A DNA stretch of 64,000 nucleotides from Mobula hypostoma (GCF_963921235.1 NC_086097.1:164984001-165048000); one strand, 5' to 3'. Positions 40,001-55,000 are shown, counted from the first letter of the stretch. Notes: a model not told the origin generated them from the letters alone. Numbers and translations are program-made.

Positions 40001-43000
40001 TGTACATTCTCCCCATGAACATGCTCCCACATTCCCAAGTCATACAGGTTAGTAAATTGTAGACATGCGACGTACGACACTTGCCGGCTGCCCTCAGGCT
40101 GCATTGATCGTTGACGCAAATGACACATTTCACTGAGTGTTTCGATGTTTCAATACACATGTGACAAATAAAGCTAATCCTTTAAAACCTATAATATGTG
40201 ATTTTTAACCATAGCCTTATTTGTCCTCCCAGATTCCATAAATTTCTCTAGATACTACTTCAGAGAGCAAGAGAGATCTCTCAGTTCCTTGGTTGTAATT
40301 ATCTCCCAAATAATCACCAGGGTGGCAGGGTAGAGATACATCTCCACCAAAGGAGGTGTAAGGCACTCCTTCCTTCCACTGGCCTGCAGGTCACCCTTGG
40401 GCAGGCTGTAGCACCTGCTTAGCCCCCCAATCAGGACCACGGGAAGCCATGGGAGCAGGCGGGGGGATAGTTGTATGAGCAGCTGATGCATATCACAAGT
40501 CCTAGTCAGGCAACCACTGACGCCAGCCAGATAACCTCTTCAGAGAATTGATCATGGCTGGCGTCACCTGCCTTGTAAAGACACTGCCCAGAAGAAGGCA
40601 ATGGCAAAGCACTTCTGCAGAAAAATTTGCCATGAACAATCATGGTCATGGAAAGACCATGATCACCCACCTCAAACGACACAGCACATAATAAATGAAC
40701 AAATCCCCAAATGGAATTATCTTGTCAGAATCAGAATCAGGTTTATTATCACTGGCAAGTGTCATGAAATTTGTTAACTACCATATCATAATTTGTTAAT
40801 TATCATATTGTAGATGTTGGGAGTTTCTTGTAAGCAATTGGCTACCACTTTCCCAACATTACAACGGTGACAAAGTCATTGGTTATGAAGAGCTTGGAAT
40901 ACCCTAAAGAAAAATTATGAGTTTTTTTTTAAATGTGTATAGTATATCCAACATCCGAAATACAACCAAGCATGATCCCTACTGGAAAAAATACACCCCA
41001 GCCTTAGAACATTAAAGACGGTTTGTTCAGGGAGCACAGCTGATTTTTTTTTTATTTAATTGGCCGAACGAACAGATAACCCAGAGAGAGATAGTGTTAG
41101 CATAGCTACCTGAGACATTGAGCATATCGTCTACCCTTCCAGTGATCCAGTAATAGCCGTCTCCATCTCTCCTGCAACCTGCACAATAAAGCTTTCTGTG
41201 AGAAAGTCACCAAACTGGAAAAGAAAATGATTTATTATCAACACATAATGGCAACAAATTGTTAAACAATAGAAACAACATGATTACTTTAAATCATATT
41301 CAAGTTTCAGAAAGTAACTTCTTTTTCATAGAGTCGTAGAGCACAGAAATGTGTCGTCTGGCCCATGACCATGCTGACCAGTTGCTCATCTACATTCATG
41401 TTTGCTCATGTTAGGACCATAGTATCTACACCAGTGAGTCTCAATCTTTTTCTGCTCGTGGTTCACTTGTGACTTTCATTTACCACCCTCCATAGTCTCC
41501 ATTAGTTGCTAAAGTTTTTTCTGATTAACTATGCAAATTATTCTATTTAATATTTATGTTTTAACAGTTTATAGGTATTATTGTATGTTAAATATAATGT
41601 TACAGGTGTATGTGGGAAAATAAAGCTCGTCATAGGATACTTGATTTATAATATATATATCGTATAATATTCTTCCAAGCAGCAACAAAAATGCTGTTAA
41701 TATTGTTACTTTGTGTATTTAGTCATGTCCTTGCGACTGATACAAACTAGTGAGCACTTGAATATCTGGTTGCAACTTGGTTAAAGATGATCAAAGATCA
41801 CCTCTTTCCACCACATCAAGATAGTTACTATTTTTTGATAGCAAGTGAAGAGCTTGACTAAAACCACGCTCAACTGGAGAAGAAGTGAAATCCAATTAAA
41901 AACAATATCGCCTTCTCCCGGATCTGTGGAAACTTATTTTGAATATCACCAGTCATCTAGAAATTGTGCTTGCTGCCTTTGAATTTTGTTTGATCCGTTC
42001 TATCTCTCTGCAGCTCAGTAAGACGTTCTTGCAATGTGGTGTCAACATCACTCACATTCACCCTAAATGGATCCACCACCCAGTCTGGAACACAGGGTAT
42101 ATTTCTTTACATTGGTTTCCTTGCTGGGCCATTCACAGATAATCCCTGTATCAAAGATATTGGAGAACCAGCTGGGTTTTTCCAATAAACAGCTTTGTAG
42201 TGACATTCACTGACATCAATTATTTAAGACTGAGCTTGGAAAAGTGAAAGGCGGTCTATTCAAACAAGACTTCAATAGTTCCTAGGCCACCTTCCCTGAG
42301 TAGTTATTAAAACTCCTGGGAACAACAACAGTGGGATTAAAACATGGAAAATCTGCCTCTATCAGGTCTCTTCAATCTGAAAATTCCTCATACATCAAAG
42401 CCAAATGCTTGAGTCCAGTCCAAGAGGCAAAACCAACCATGTGAATATAAATGGCTAAACCATTTGTGGCAGGAGCGTACAAGCTTTTGTACCTAGTAGG
42501 TCACTCTCCCATAGAAGGGAAAGACCACAGGCTGATATTGCTGTCAATAATTCTGTGCCTATCAGTCTACGCTCTTCCCCCTCCAAGGGAAAGTGATTTA
42601 TCAGGTACAGCATGTGCAATAATGTTAAAAAACATATGATACTAATTTAATAACACACGTGCAAAATTCTACAACAGAATATAACTGAAGGATTAAGGCC
42701 TTCAGTATCATTTACACTCTACCCCAACTGGGCAGCATTTGGAGAGCTGGGGATGTCCTCTTTCCACCGCTTGCCAGGCCTGTCAGAGAGGGCACTATTG
42801 CTTTCCACCCACCTCTCTGCCCCTCACTGCCCACTCAAAGACCACCCACCATTACCCAGCCTACTCTAGTTCCCGTCAATTGCTCAAAGTACTTCTCCAT
42901 CAATTACAGGATCTTTTCACCATCATCATCTTGACCCAACAGTCGCCCTTCGCTGATAATCCGCTAGATGCCTCCAAACAGCTCGACAGTGACATGATGT

Positions 43001-46000
43001 CTCTTTGGACTTGATAGGCAATTTCAATGACCTGTGAGATACTCTGGCACTTACATAAATGCCTACATTGGACTTGCAGAAAATGCTTGGGTGTAAGTAG
43101 TTTCAAAGTTTATTGTGAATTTAGAAAAATGAATACAAGCATCCTCAGGAATCATCCATCAAGCACTGATTCAGCAGAAGGCCAGTTCAAGCAACACAAC
43201 AAATCTACATTTAATGCTAAAAATCACTAAATGTTAAAATAGTAGTTTACTGTCTCCAGTCAGGTAAAATCCCGGGAACTGTTTGAAGTAAGTTGTCTCA
43301 AAACGTTCATTGTCTCCGTACACTGTGCGTAGTATGGATGGCCATGGCTGCTTGAATGCCTGAGAACAGGATAATATCACCAGGAAAAAATATCCACAAA
43401 ACACTTGAGAACAAGTCATACGCAATTTCCTCTTTACATCATTATTTATATAACTATTTATAAGGCCAATGTGGCCCAATAGTATTGTATGTCTCCAAAG
43501 CAGAAATCCCTGAAAAAGGAATTAGTGTTTCCCAGCCAGAATAAGAATTTCAGCAAAGATAAGGTCTTGCTCTTAAGTAAGAGCTGGAATACGATTTTAA
43601 ACAAGGTGGGACAGCGGAAACCTGACTGGTTGTGGACTAACCAATCAGGAGGAACAGACAACAGGAGTTGAGTATATATAGTATATACCACTGGACTAGA
43701 TGTACCTAGGTGTCATCTCTGATGAAGATAATGGAGTTTGTCACAGAAATATTGGTTAAAATCAACATTTGGACCCAGCTGGAAGCCCAAGAAGAGTTTA
43801 TGCAAGAAGTCCCTGAGTTTTCTAGGTTCTAATTGACTAATGTTCTAACTAACATCTGGGATCACATTCTGCTCAGTACAGGGTTCACTAAATGAAAAGC
43901 CAGTGATCTGAATTGAGAGGTAAGTATTTTCCAAGACTGCTTTTACTTTCCTCAAAGAGTACTGACACCCACTTTAGAGAATAGGCTGTTCTCTCATCTG
44001 AAAGATAGCACTTCCAGCACTACATTGCCAAACTAGAATGTCAACCAAGACTTTAGTCACTATTAAAGATGTCTTTAAAAGTGACACTGTGCACTGGTTG
44101 GCTACCATGTTTGCTACTCTGCAGTCAGGACGCCCCCCGCACCCCCCCCCCACTCACTCCACTCTCTACCAATTACCTCTGTGGCTGTCCTCACAAAAGT
44201 AGAAAATGATGCTCCTCCTTTAACTCTGGTGAAAGTATGAAATATCAATAAAAAAAAAGAATAAAGCCTAATAGTCTATATTCTTCTATTGGCTCTCAGT
44301 TCTTGGGGGTATCTAAATACTTCTTAATCATTACTATTATATCTGATTCTACCCCCTCCCCTGGCAAAATATTACAGATATCTACCATCTTCTGTGTAAA
44401 AAAATACTTACCTCATATACCATGTCTCCTTTAAACTTTCCCCCATCACTTTAAATCTATTCCCTCCAGTACAGTATGTAACCTTTCCACCATGGGAAAA
44501 AGTCTCCAATATATACCCAAGCCATGCCTCTCATAATTTTTTAAACCTGTCAGGTCTCCCTTAGCCTCCAATGCTCCAGAGAAAACAATCCAAAACTGTC
44601 CAACTTCTCATTATAGCTAATACAGTCAATCCGGGCTTTGTCCTGGTAAAACTCATGCACCCTCTCCAAAGCATCCTCGTGTGACATCCAGATCTGCACA
44701 CAGTACTACAAAAGAGGCCTTGCTAAAGTTAGAGAGCATTCACAAGCACATTGGCAGGACTGGAAGTCTTGAACTTTCAGGAAAGGCTGGATAAACTAAT
44801 GCTGTTTTTCCTGGAGTGAGGGAGGGTAAAGGGTGATGATATGGAGATTTATAAAATTGAGGGGCAGAGATAAAGTGAGTGACCTTTTTTTCCAAGAATA
44901 GGAGGGACAAACACTAATGGCATAGTATTAAGGTGATACGGGAAAGGATGCTCAGGAGCAGGTTTTTTTTCCTCAAAGAGGGTGATAGATGCATAGAACA
45001 AGTTGCCAGAGAAGGTGGTAGAGGCAGGTACAATTAAAATGTTTTAAAGACATTGAACAAGCTCAAAGATAGAAAAAGGTTCAGAGCAAATGGGGCTAGT
45101 TTAACAAAGCATCTTGCTCAACATGGATAAGTTGGGCTGAAGGGCTTGTAACTCTAGGACCCTATGATGCTTTATAGTTTTCACTGAAAATTGTCTTCTT
45201 GCATTTGAACTCCCAAAATGCAACAGCACACACTTGTCCAGACTGACCTCCACCTCCCAATTCTTTGGCCAAATTTCTAACTGTTCTATATCCTGTTGTA
45301 TCACTTTACAACCTTCCTCACTACCCACAACTTCACCAAATTTTGTGTCATCTGCAAACTTACTAATTATCTCACCTATATCATTAATATATACCACGGA
45401 TAACAGAGATTCTGGAACTGATCTTTGTGGAACATCATTGGTTACAGATTTCAAGTCAGAGAAATGTCCATGCCAATTTCATATTCATCTTACCAAATCA
45501 TGGTGGATCCCATGTGATTTAACCTTCCGGACCAGTGCACATGATGGAACTTGTCAAATGCTTTACAATTAATATTAGCATGAAGGGACAACCCTGCTGC
45601 TTTCCTCCTTTACTGAACACACATTCTTCCCTTCCCTCTATTCATACTTTCCTCATGGAATTGATTCTCAACTGTTGCAGATTCTTGAAGGCACATGGTA
45701 TCCTCCAGTACTTTGCCCATTTTTACTGTTCCAGTGGTTCAGTGTTAGTGATGTTCTGGGTCTTTGGGTTTCACCTGGGACAGGTGACAAATCTATCTGA
45801 TTTTGGTTCCATTAGTCTAAAGTAGCACTAGTGTCTTTTTCTTTCGGACTTGCTAATGCTACAAGAGTTGATCTGTTGGAGATGTTATCAAATCTCATTT
45901 TGTTCAGGAAGGGATGCTCACGCACACAACACTCATTGCATGGTGACTAACTGCATTCAATGGATGGAAGGCTACTCATTGATATTCAATGGGAGCAAAT

Positions 46001-49000
46001 TCAGTATTACTGGGTGTAGCCCTGGCAACCTGTGGTTCTTCTTTGCACAGCCTAACCAGCTTTAACCATGGACAATATTTCAGCACACTCAATCTCTTTG
46101 AGTAACCTCTGATGTGTTGATCTTGCTGGATGTAACAGACCTCACATTTGCTTTGTTGTATCACAGATCAAACATCAATCAGTTCCTAGTACATTTTCCC
46201 ATTAATACATTCACAGAACAGAGAAAAAAATCAGAAAATACTTGCTTGTGTACTGAACCTTATCTTACCTCTCACAAACATCTCAAGCCGATTTCTAAGC
46301 AGTGAATTGTTACTCAGCTTGTTACACTGAAGCATGTTTGCATAAATAAATTGTAACATCCTGGAAAAGAACTGGCATCAAAGTGTCACAGCCCAACAAA
46401 GCACAGTGTCAGCAGCAAAGGATCGACTGCAAATTGTTGACGTGCTCCCAGCCAAGGCTGTGTCACACTCTCTCTCGTCAGCAGATACGTGTGCTGAACC
46501 TCACAGTGGGGTTAGATATTTACCAATTCACAGGTTTAAGGAAGCCCAGGCTGAGCCGGACCAGGCACTTACCAAGTATCCTTCACCTTCTGCCTGCAAC
46601 TCCTCACCATGTTCATTCAGAACGGCAGGGAGCACCCCAAAGAAGGGGAATGTCTGGTGGGATAATATGGAAGCAAGCAATTAAAGGAAGCAATTTCGGA
46701 TGGAATATAACTCAAAAAGATCAATAACAATGCATCAGATGCAAAGCTTACAGCAGATCCTGGTTTCAACGGGGTTACAGCCGGCAGTGGTGTCATCATT
46801 GGGCCACCCTGTGCACACAAACAAAAACATAAGCTACAGCTGCGTGCACTTAGCTCACAGATCAGCCATGCCAGCTCTTAATGCAACATAGGTTTGATGG
46901 GCCGAAGGGCCTTAATGGACTAGAAGATGATGTTCCATCTTTGTTCAACACTAAATACCAGAATAGAGATAACTTGCATGAACTAGCTGAATATATCATT
47001 CTGGTGGGACAGTGGTACAGATAGTAGAACAACTGCCTCACAGCAGCCAGGGTTCCATCCCGACCTCTGGCACCATCTGTGTGGCGTTTGTATGTTCTCC
47101 CAGTGACTGCATGGGTTTCTTCCAGTTTCTTACCGTGCCCCAAGACATGCAGTTTTGGAGGTTAAGTGCCACTGTAAAATGGCTAGTGGAACTTTTCCCT
47201 TGTGTAAGTAGATGGTAGAATTTGGGTGGAATTGATGGGAATGCAGAGGGAATAAAATGGGATCACCGATCAGCATATCTTCCACGTGGACAGCTGAACA
47301 CTGAGAGCCAAAGTGTTTGTCTCCAATCATCACAATCAAATCCCAGTAATTTTGAGGAGTAGGGTGAGTAGATGCAGCTGCTTTATAGTCCGCGCAGATG
47401 TGGTGTACCTGTTTCCACACTGTATGGATCTTAGACTCTCCATTTACCTCAAGATTACTGGGACTTGCTTGTGATGATTTGGAGACAAGGGCTTTGGCTT
47501 CCTACATTCAGCAATCCACGTGGAAGTCTGGCAAGTAAGACATCACATCCCAAGGGCTTATATGTATGATGATGTGGCAGGAACAGCAAATTGAAAGTTG
47601 GAACTTATTCCTATCCTCAAGCTACATGCCTGACCTTGGTCTAGCTGCTATTGGAGATGCTGTTAGGATGATGAATGGATAGGATATCAATTGCCTGATC
47701 ACAAACACCTCCTATTTCAGAGTAGCAATAGAAAAAGCTGGTGAATTCCTGGCTGCCTCTAAATAGTCAAGAGAAGGAGAGAAATAAATTTTAAAAGGTG
47801 CATATTTAATTCATTTTCATGGTCAGGACATTGCTGGCTAGGCTTCTAATTTATTACCCATCCCTAACTGCATTAAGAAGGTGGTGATGAGCTGTCTTTA
47901 ACCACTGCATTCCTTCTGGTAATGGCAATTCCTGCTGCTGGTAGGGAGCTCCAGGACTTAGACCCAGCAGCAATAAAGCAACACTGAACAAAGCAATAAA
48001 GCAACAAAGCGAAAGTGAAAGAAAACCAGTGAAAAGTCAGAATAGAGTGAGATGTGGCAGGAACCAACAAATGCTGAATTTCCATTCTCTCTTGCACGTG
48101 GTGTCCTTGTGGGAAAAGATTGTGGATTTAGATTCAAGATCCAAGATTGTTTAATGCTATTTCCAGGACATGAGTATAAAGGAGAACAAAATAATTGTTA
48201 CCGTGGATCTGATGCAACACAAAGAAACACAAATGGTAAAGAACACAATAATTTTTTAAAAGACACAATAAATATAAATTCATGAGATAGCTTATACACA
48301 GTCAGATTGTACATCCATATAGTGATGCTAGGTACAGGTGTGTCTGTACATAATGACTCTGACAGGAAATGATAAAACAGTGGTGGTGGAGGCTGTGGAA
48401 GGGTGGGTTAGTTGTGGGGGTGTTGATCAGCCTTACTGCTTGGAGAAAGTAACTGTTTTTGAGACTGGTGGTCCTGGTATGAATGCTAAATAGCCTCCTC
48501 CCAGATGGGAGTGGGACTAACAGCCAATGGGTAGGTCAGGAGGGATCCTTCACGATGTTACTTGCCCTTTTTTGTAAATATGTCCTTGCTGGTGGATAAG
48601 TTGGTGCCAGCGATGCATTGCGCAGCTTTGACTACCTGTTGTTAAGTCTTCCCGTCTGCAGCAGTGTCTCATTGGAAGCATCTTAGCATCATAAAGGGTG
48701 GAAGCATGTCCTTTAGCCTGACTAATCCACGCCTACCAATTTGTCTTCGTGAGCTAGTTAGTCTCACTTGCTTGTGTTTAGTCCATGTTCCTTCGTACCT
48801 TCCCTATGCAACTACCTGTCCAAATGTCTTTTAAACACCCTAACTGTGCCCTACAGAACCCTTGCCGATACATTCTGGCTACTGGAACTAATCAATGAGT
48901 ATGGGATATTCTGATTCTATCCTATTGAAAATATACAGGGGGGCCAGCTGGTGGCGCAACGACATCAGTGCTGGACCCAGGAGCTGAGGTTCCCGGGTTC

Positions 49001-52000
49001 GAAACCAGTCAGGTCCACCCCCGAGTACACTTTCCATCCGTGCCAGGTTGAGTGTCGAGATCACAACTCGACCTCGTAAAATAAAGGTAAAATACTGTGA
49101 AAATGTCTGTGTGAGGAGTGATGTGTCACACAGTCTCTCTCTCACTCCGTGCCTTGTAAAAGTCATGAAAGAGACATCATCACGGATGCACGCATGGACA
49201 CACACACACGCACAGACTCGCACGCACGCAGGCACACGCCAAAAAAAAAGAAAATATACAGGGGAAGATAATAGATGAATGTTTGTGTTAATCAGTGCTC
49301 ATTAAAGCTTCAGAGTAATCCATAACATGCCCAAATCTACCAGTACCTCCAGCAGTTCATTCCATATACTCACCACCTTCTGTGTGGGAAAAGTTACCTC
49401 TCTTAACTTAATCCTATTCTACCTATTTTTAGACTTCCATATCCTGGAAAAAAAAGGCTGTGACCATCCACTTTAGTTTTTGTCCCTGGTGATTTCATAT
49501 AACACTGCAAGGACACACCACAACCTTCTGCACTCCATAGAACCATAGAACCATAGAAACTACAGCACAGAAACAGGCCCTTTGGCCCTTCTTGGCTGTG
49601 CCGAACCATTTTCTGCCTAGTCCCACTGACCTGCACACGGACCATACCCCTCCATACACCTCCCATCCATGTATCTGTCCAATTTATTCTTAAATGTTAA
49701 AAAAGAACCCACATTTACCACCTCGTCCGGCAGCTCATTCCATACTCCCACCACTCTCTGTGTGAAGAAGCCCCCCCTAATGTTCCCTTTAAACTTTTCC
49801 CCCCTCACCCTTAACCCATGTCCTCTGGTTTTTTTCTCCCCTTGCCTCAGTGGAAAAAGCCTGCTTGCATTCAGTCTATCTATACCCATCATAATTTTAT
49901 ATACCTCTATCAAATCTCCCCACATTCTTCTACGCTCCAGGGAATAAAGTCCCAACCTATTCAACCTTTCTCTGTAACTGAGTTTCTCAAGTCCCGGCAA
50001 CATCCTTGTAAACCTTCTCTGCACTCTTTCAACCTTATTTATATTCTTCCTGTAATTTGGTGACCAAAACTGAACACAATACTCCAGATTCGGCCTCACC
50101 AATGCCTTATACAACCTCATCATAACATTCCAGCTCTTATACTCAATACTACGATTAATAAAGGCCAATGTACCAAAAGCTCTCTTTACGACCCTATCTA
50201 CCTGTGACGACACTTTTAGGGAATTTTGTATCTGTATTCCCAGATCCCTCTGTTCCACTGCACTCCTCAGTGCCTTACCATTAACCCCGTATGTTCTACG
50301 TTGGTTTGTCCTTCCAACGTGCAATACCTCTCACTTGTCAGTATTAAACTCCATCTGCCATTTTTCAGCCCATTTTTCCAGCTGGTCCAAGTCCCTCTGC
50401 AGGCTCTGAAAACCTTCCTCACTGTCTACTATACCTCCAATCTTTGTATCATCAGCAAACTTGCTGATCCAATTTACCACATTATCATCCAGATCATTGA
50501 TATAGATGACAAATAACAATGGACCCAGCACTGATCCCTGTGGCACACCACTAGTCACAGGCTTCCACTCAGAGAAGCAATTCTCTACCACCACTCTCTG
50601 GCTTCTTCCATCGAGCCAATGTCTAATCCAATTTACCACCTCTCCATGTATACCTAGCGACTGAATTTTCCTAACTAACCTCGCATGCGGGACCTTGTCA
50701 AAGGCCTTACTGAAGTCCATGTAGACAATATCCACTGCCTTCCCTTCATCCACTTTCCTGGTAACCTCCTCGAAAAACTCCAACAGATTGGTCAAACATG
50801 ACCTACCACGCACAAAGCCATGTTGACTCTCCCTAATAAGCCCCTGTCTATCCAAATGCTTGTAGATTCTGTCTCTTAGTACTCCCTCCAATAACTTACC
50901 TACTACTGACGTTAAACTCACCGGCCTATAATTTCCCGGATTACTTTTCGATCCTTTTTTAAACAACGGAACAACATAAGCCACTCTCCAATCCTCCGGC
51001 ACTTCATCCGTAGACGGCGACATTTTAAATATTTCTGCCAGGGCCCCTGCAATTTCAACGCTAGTCTCCTTCAAGGTCCGAGGGAACACTCTGTCAGGTC
51101 CCGGGGATTTATCCACTTTAATTTTCCTCAAGACAGCAAACACCTCCTCCTTTTCAATCTGTACAGTTTCCATGGTCTCACTACTTGATTCCCTCAATTC
51201 CATAGATTTCATGCCGGCTTCCTTAGTAAATACAGATGCAAAAAACCTATTTAAGATCTCCCCCATTTCCTTTGGTTCCGCACAAAGCCGACCACTCTGA
51301 TCTTCAAGAGGACCAATTTTATCCCTTACAATCCTTTTGCTCTTAATATACTTGTAAAAGCTCTTTGGATTATCCTTCACTTTGACTGCCAAGGAAACCT
51401 CATGTCTTCTTTTAGCCCTCCTGATTTCTTTCTTAAGTATTTTCTTGCACTTCTTATACTCCTCAAGCACCTGATTTACCCCCCGTTTCCTATACATTTC
51501 ATACAACTCCCTCTTCTTCTTTATCAGAGTTGCAATATCCCTTGAGAACCAAGGTTCCTTATTCCTATTCAATTTGCCTTTAATCCTGACAGGAACATAC
51601 AAACTCTGCACTCTCAAAATTTCCCCTTTGAAGGCTTCCCACCTACCAATCACATCTTTGCCAGAGAACAACCTGTCCCAATCCACGCTTTTTAGATCCT
51701 TTCTCATTTCTTCAAATTTGGCCTTCTTCCAGTTCAGAACCTCAACCCTAGGACCAGATCTATCCTTGTCCATGATCAACTCTTGAGGAAAAATACCCCA
51801 GCCTAGTCAGTCTCTATTTATAACTCCAAACCATCCAGTCCAGGTAACATCTTTGTGAAAATTTGCTGCACTCTTTCCAGCTTAATGACATACCTCCTAT
51901 AGAATATACGCCAGGGATAAAAATGGCAATCAACCCAACTCTCTTGGGTTCTTTACAACTTATAAAAATACAAAAATCCTTAATGAGGATCACTCTTTAA

Positions 52001-55000
52001 CAGAATGTTTACCGTTTCAGTCTGCCAAAAGGTGTCCATGATGGGACACTGCCCATTGCCAATGACGTTATAATACCATGTCCAAGCTTCAGGGTTAATG
52101 GGTTCTCCAGCACAGCCCAAAATCTTCAAAGACTTGAGGTTGAACCTAAAGAGCTCAAATGAAAACTTTATCACAGAGAGGAAGGAAGATTCTTAAATCA
52201 TACTAGACACCTGGCATTATAAGGTCAAATACACCAGAAATTTCAATTGAAACCCAACTGTAGCTTTGCAAGAAACTGAAATACAATTGATATAGCTGCC
52301 ATTGTCCATCTAAATCTGAAAGGCAAAAAGCAGGTTAATGTTATTGCCTTTTTGAGAATTTTTAAAATATTTGCAATATCGCTCAAGGTATTAGACATCA
52401 AAAACAGAGAATTCCAGTAACATACACCAAGCCAGTCAACTAGATCTAAAGTGGAAACATTCACATTTTACAATAACTTCCCAGCAGGATTTCTACAAAA
52501 CTTTTCATGGGTCATATTTTTTTCATGTATATATTCCTTCCAAAAAATGTATTGCTAATATTTGTCTTCTAGTTGTTTTAAGTTAGTTATGCTAATCTTA
52601 TTCAAAATGAGCTGGAACGAATTTAGGATTATCAAAATTTGTTTAAGATGGTAATTATGATAATTCAGAGTTACAATCTTTTAATTAACTGCACTTATGA
52701 AAAATATTTAAATAACCTTAAAGTCTCATAAATCTGATTGCGTTTTTTTAAAGGAGGTGACTGGGAAAAGTCATGAATGCAGAGCAGCAGACACGTTGAA
52801 CTTTAGCAAGGCTTTCGACAAAGTTTCACAAATTTGGCTGGTCGAGAAAGTTAAGGCATTTGGGATCCAAGACGTGTTGGCAAACTGGATGCAAAACTGG
52901 ATTGGAGCTCGGAGGCAGAAGGTAATGGTTGAAGGCTGTTTTATTGGAAGTCTATAAATAGCAGCATGCCACAGAGATTGGTGCTAGGACCATTGTTTGT
53001 CATATATGCTGTATGTAAACAAATTGAATGAGGATATAGGTAGACTGATTCGTAAATTTGCTCATAATGGAAGAATTGGCAGTATAGTTTACAGTGAAGA
53101 AGGTTGTGAAAGGACATCTAGGCACACAGGCCAGCTGGAAAGATATACAGAGTCGTGGCAAATAGAATGTAATCTCTCCTCATATGTCAGAATTGTCAAG
53201 TAAACTTATGCTGCATTTCTACAGCTATGGGCTAATCAAGGTCATATTTAATTGAAATAAGATATCTTTACTCAAATCCTCTTTTAACAAAGGCTAATTT
53301 AGCATTTGCATCCTGAATTGCCCTCTGCACCTCTATGACAGTTTTCAGTAAGCTATGCACAAAAGCATATTGGTCCCTTTTAATATCAACATTTCTCAAT
53401 ATCTCACAATTTTTCTTTCTTCCCAAGGGTATAACGTCACACTTCTCCACATTGAACTTGTAGTACCCATTCCTGACTACGTCTCCCGATCCTTCTTGAA
53501 TTCTCCTTTTAGCTATTCATTTTCCCAATTTCTTTTAAGTCATCCACAATGAAGAGGTACAGCCGAAGTATGGAACCCTGTGGTGTCCTACTGATCATAC
53601 CCCGCCTATGTAAGAAGGGCTTGTTTACTGCTTTGTTTCCTATTTGTTAGCCAACTCTGAGTTCATTCTGGTAATGGGCATTACATTTTAACATTGGTGC
53701 TCTAAATGTGTTACACACAGAAATGGTCACATTAAGCCACGTTGTCTTACTTTCTCACAGGTCCCTCGCCGAACTTCATCAGCATTCTAATGACAGTGGG
53801 TGCCGTGTAGAGCTTCGTCACTTTGTACTTTTCAATTATTTCGTACAACCTCCCCACATGTGGATAAAGCAGCAGACCCTCAAACTGAGTGGAGATTAAC
53901 AGAAATATATCTGTTGGAAATTCATCCTAATCAAGTGCATGTCTTGTTTTTCCTTTCTAAAATTCTTTTCTTTTGGTTCCCTGGCATCACTGACAAATGC
54001 CAGCATTTGGTTGTCCATTCTTAATTGACCTTGAAGTGAGTGGCTTGCCAGGCCATTTCATAATCAACCACCTAGGTGGATCCGGAGTCACATATAGATC
54101 AGACCAGTGAATATGGCAGTCTGTCTCCCCTGAAGGACTGTAGTGAATCAGCTGGGTTCTTTCAACAGTCCAGTAGTTTTGTGGTCATTACCATCAATGA
54201 CTAGTTTATTTTTCATTCCAGTTAATAACTGAATTTAAGTTCCGTACCTGCCTTAGTGGGGATTGAACTTGGAACTCCGGGTTGCTAGTGCACAGCTTTT
54301 CTTTTAATAGTCTGGTAATTGAAGTGCATCTGCAAATGCTTCTGAAATGTTGTGAGAGTATCTGGCTCTGCCGCCCAGCACATTACAGATTTCAAACACT
54401 CTATTTGAAAAAAACCCTCCTCAGATTCTCTCTAAACCTTCTCGCTCTCACCTTATACCCGTGGACTTGGCTAATTGGTATTTCTTTCAGGCCTGATTTT
54501 GCTCTCCAGTCCCATAATTCCAACCTTACAATTGTATCTTTAATGCTGTTTCTGATCCCAATGAAGGAAGCGATAATAGGGGCATTTCACTGACCGGGCT
54601 GCCTCTCAGTCAGTGCTGGAGTCCTACACAGAAGCACCAAGATGGAGGCTTTAACCTTCTACACATTAACCAAACTTGCACAGACTATATTTCCATTTCC
54701 GGGAAAGATGTGTAACAGAGCTGGTACTCACAAGTACACTTGTTGCACCATTTGCCAGTGGTCCATAGGTGACATATGAGTGTCCAGTAATCCATCCAAT
54801 GTCTGCCGTGCACCAGTACACATCATTATCGTGATAGTCAAAGATGTATTTAAAACTGATGGCTGTGTAAATTAAGTAGCCTGCCACAGTGTGCAGTACA
54901 CCCTAGAATGAAAGCAACATGTTATTAGTGGAGTTGTTCTGAGGGGGGATCATGCTGGGAGAGGTCATGTTACGTATTATCTGTGACCACACTCCTCCTG

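Noticed and set aside
40320..40430. Possible second HDV-like ribozyme (gggtggc...gtcacccttgggcagg...gcttagc)
   Set aside because: P1- and P4-like pieces exist, but L3 is too short and P2/J4/2 do not fit in this copy.
50331..51779. 482-aa reverse transcriptase as a host or retron-like gene
   Set aside because: 5'-truncated CR1/HER1 ORF2 with a LINE tail and several paralogous copies in the window.
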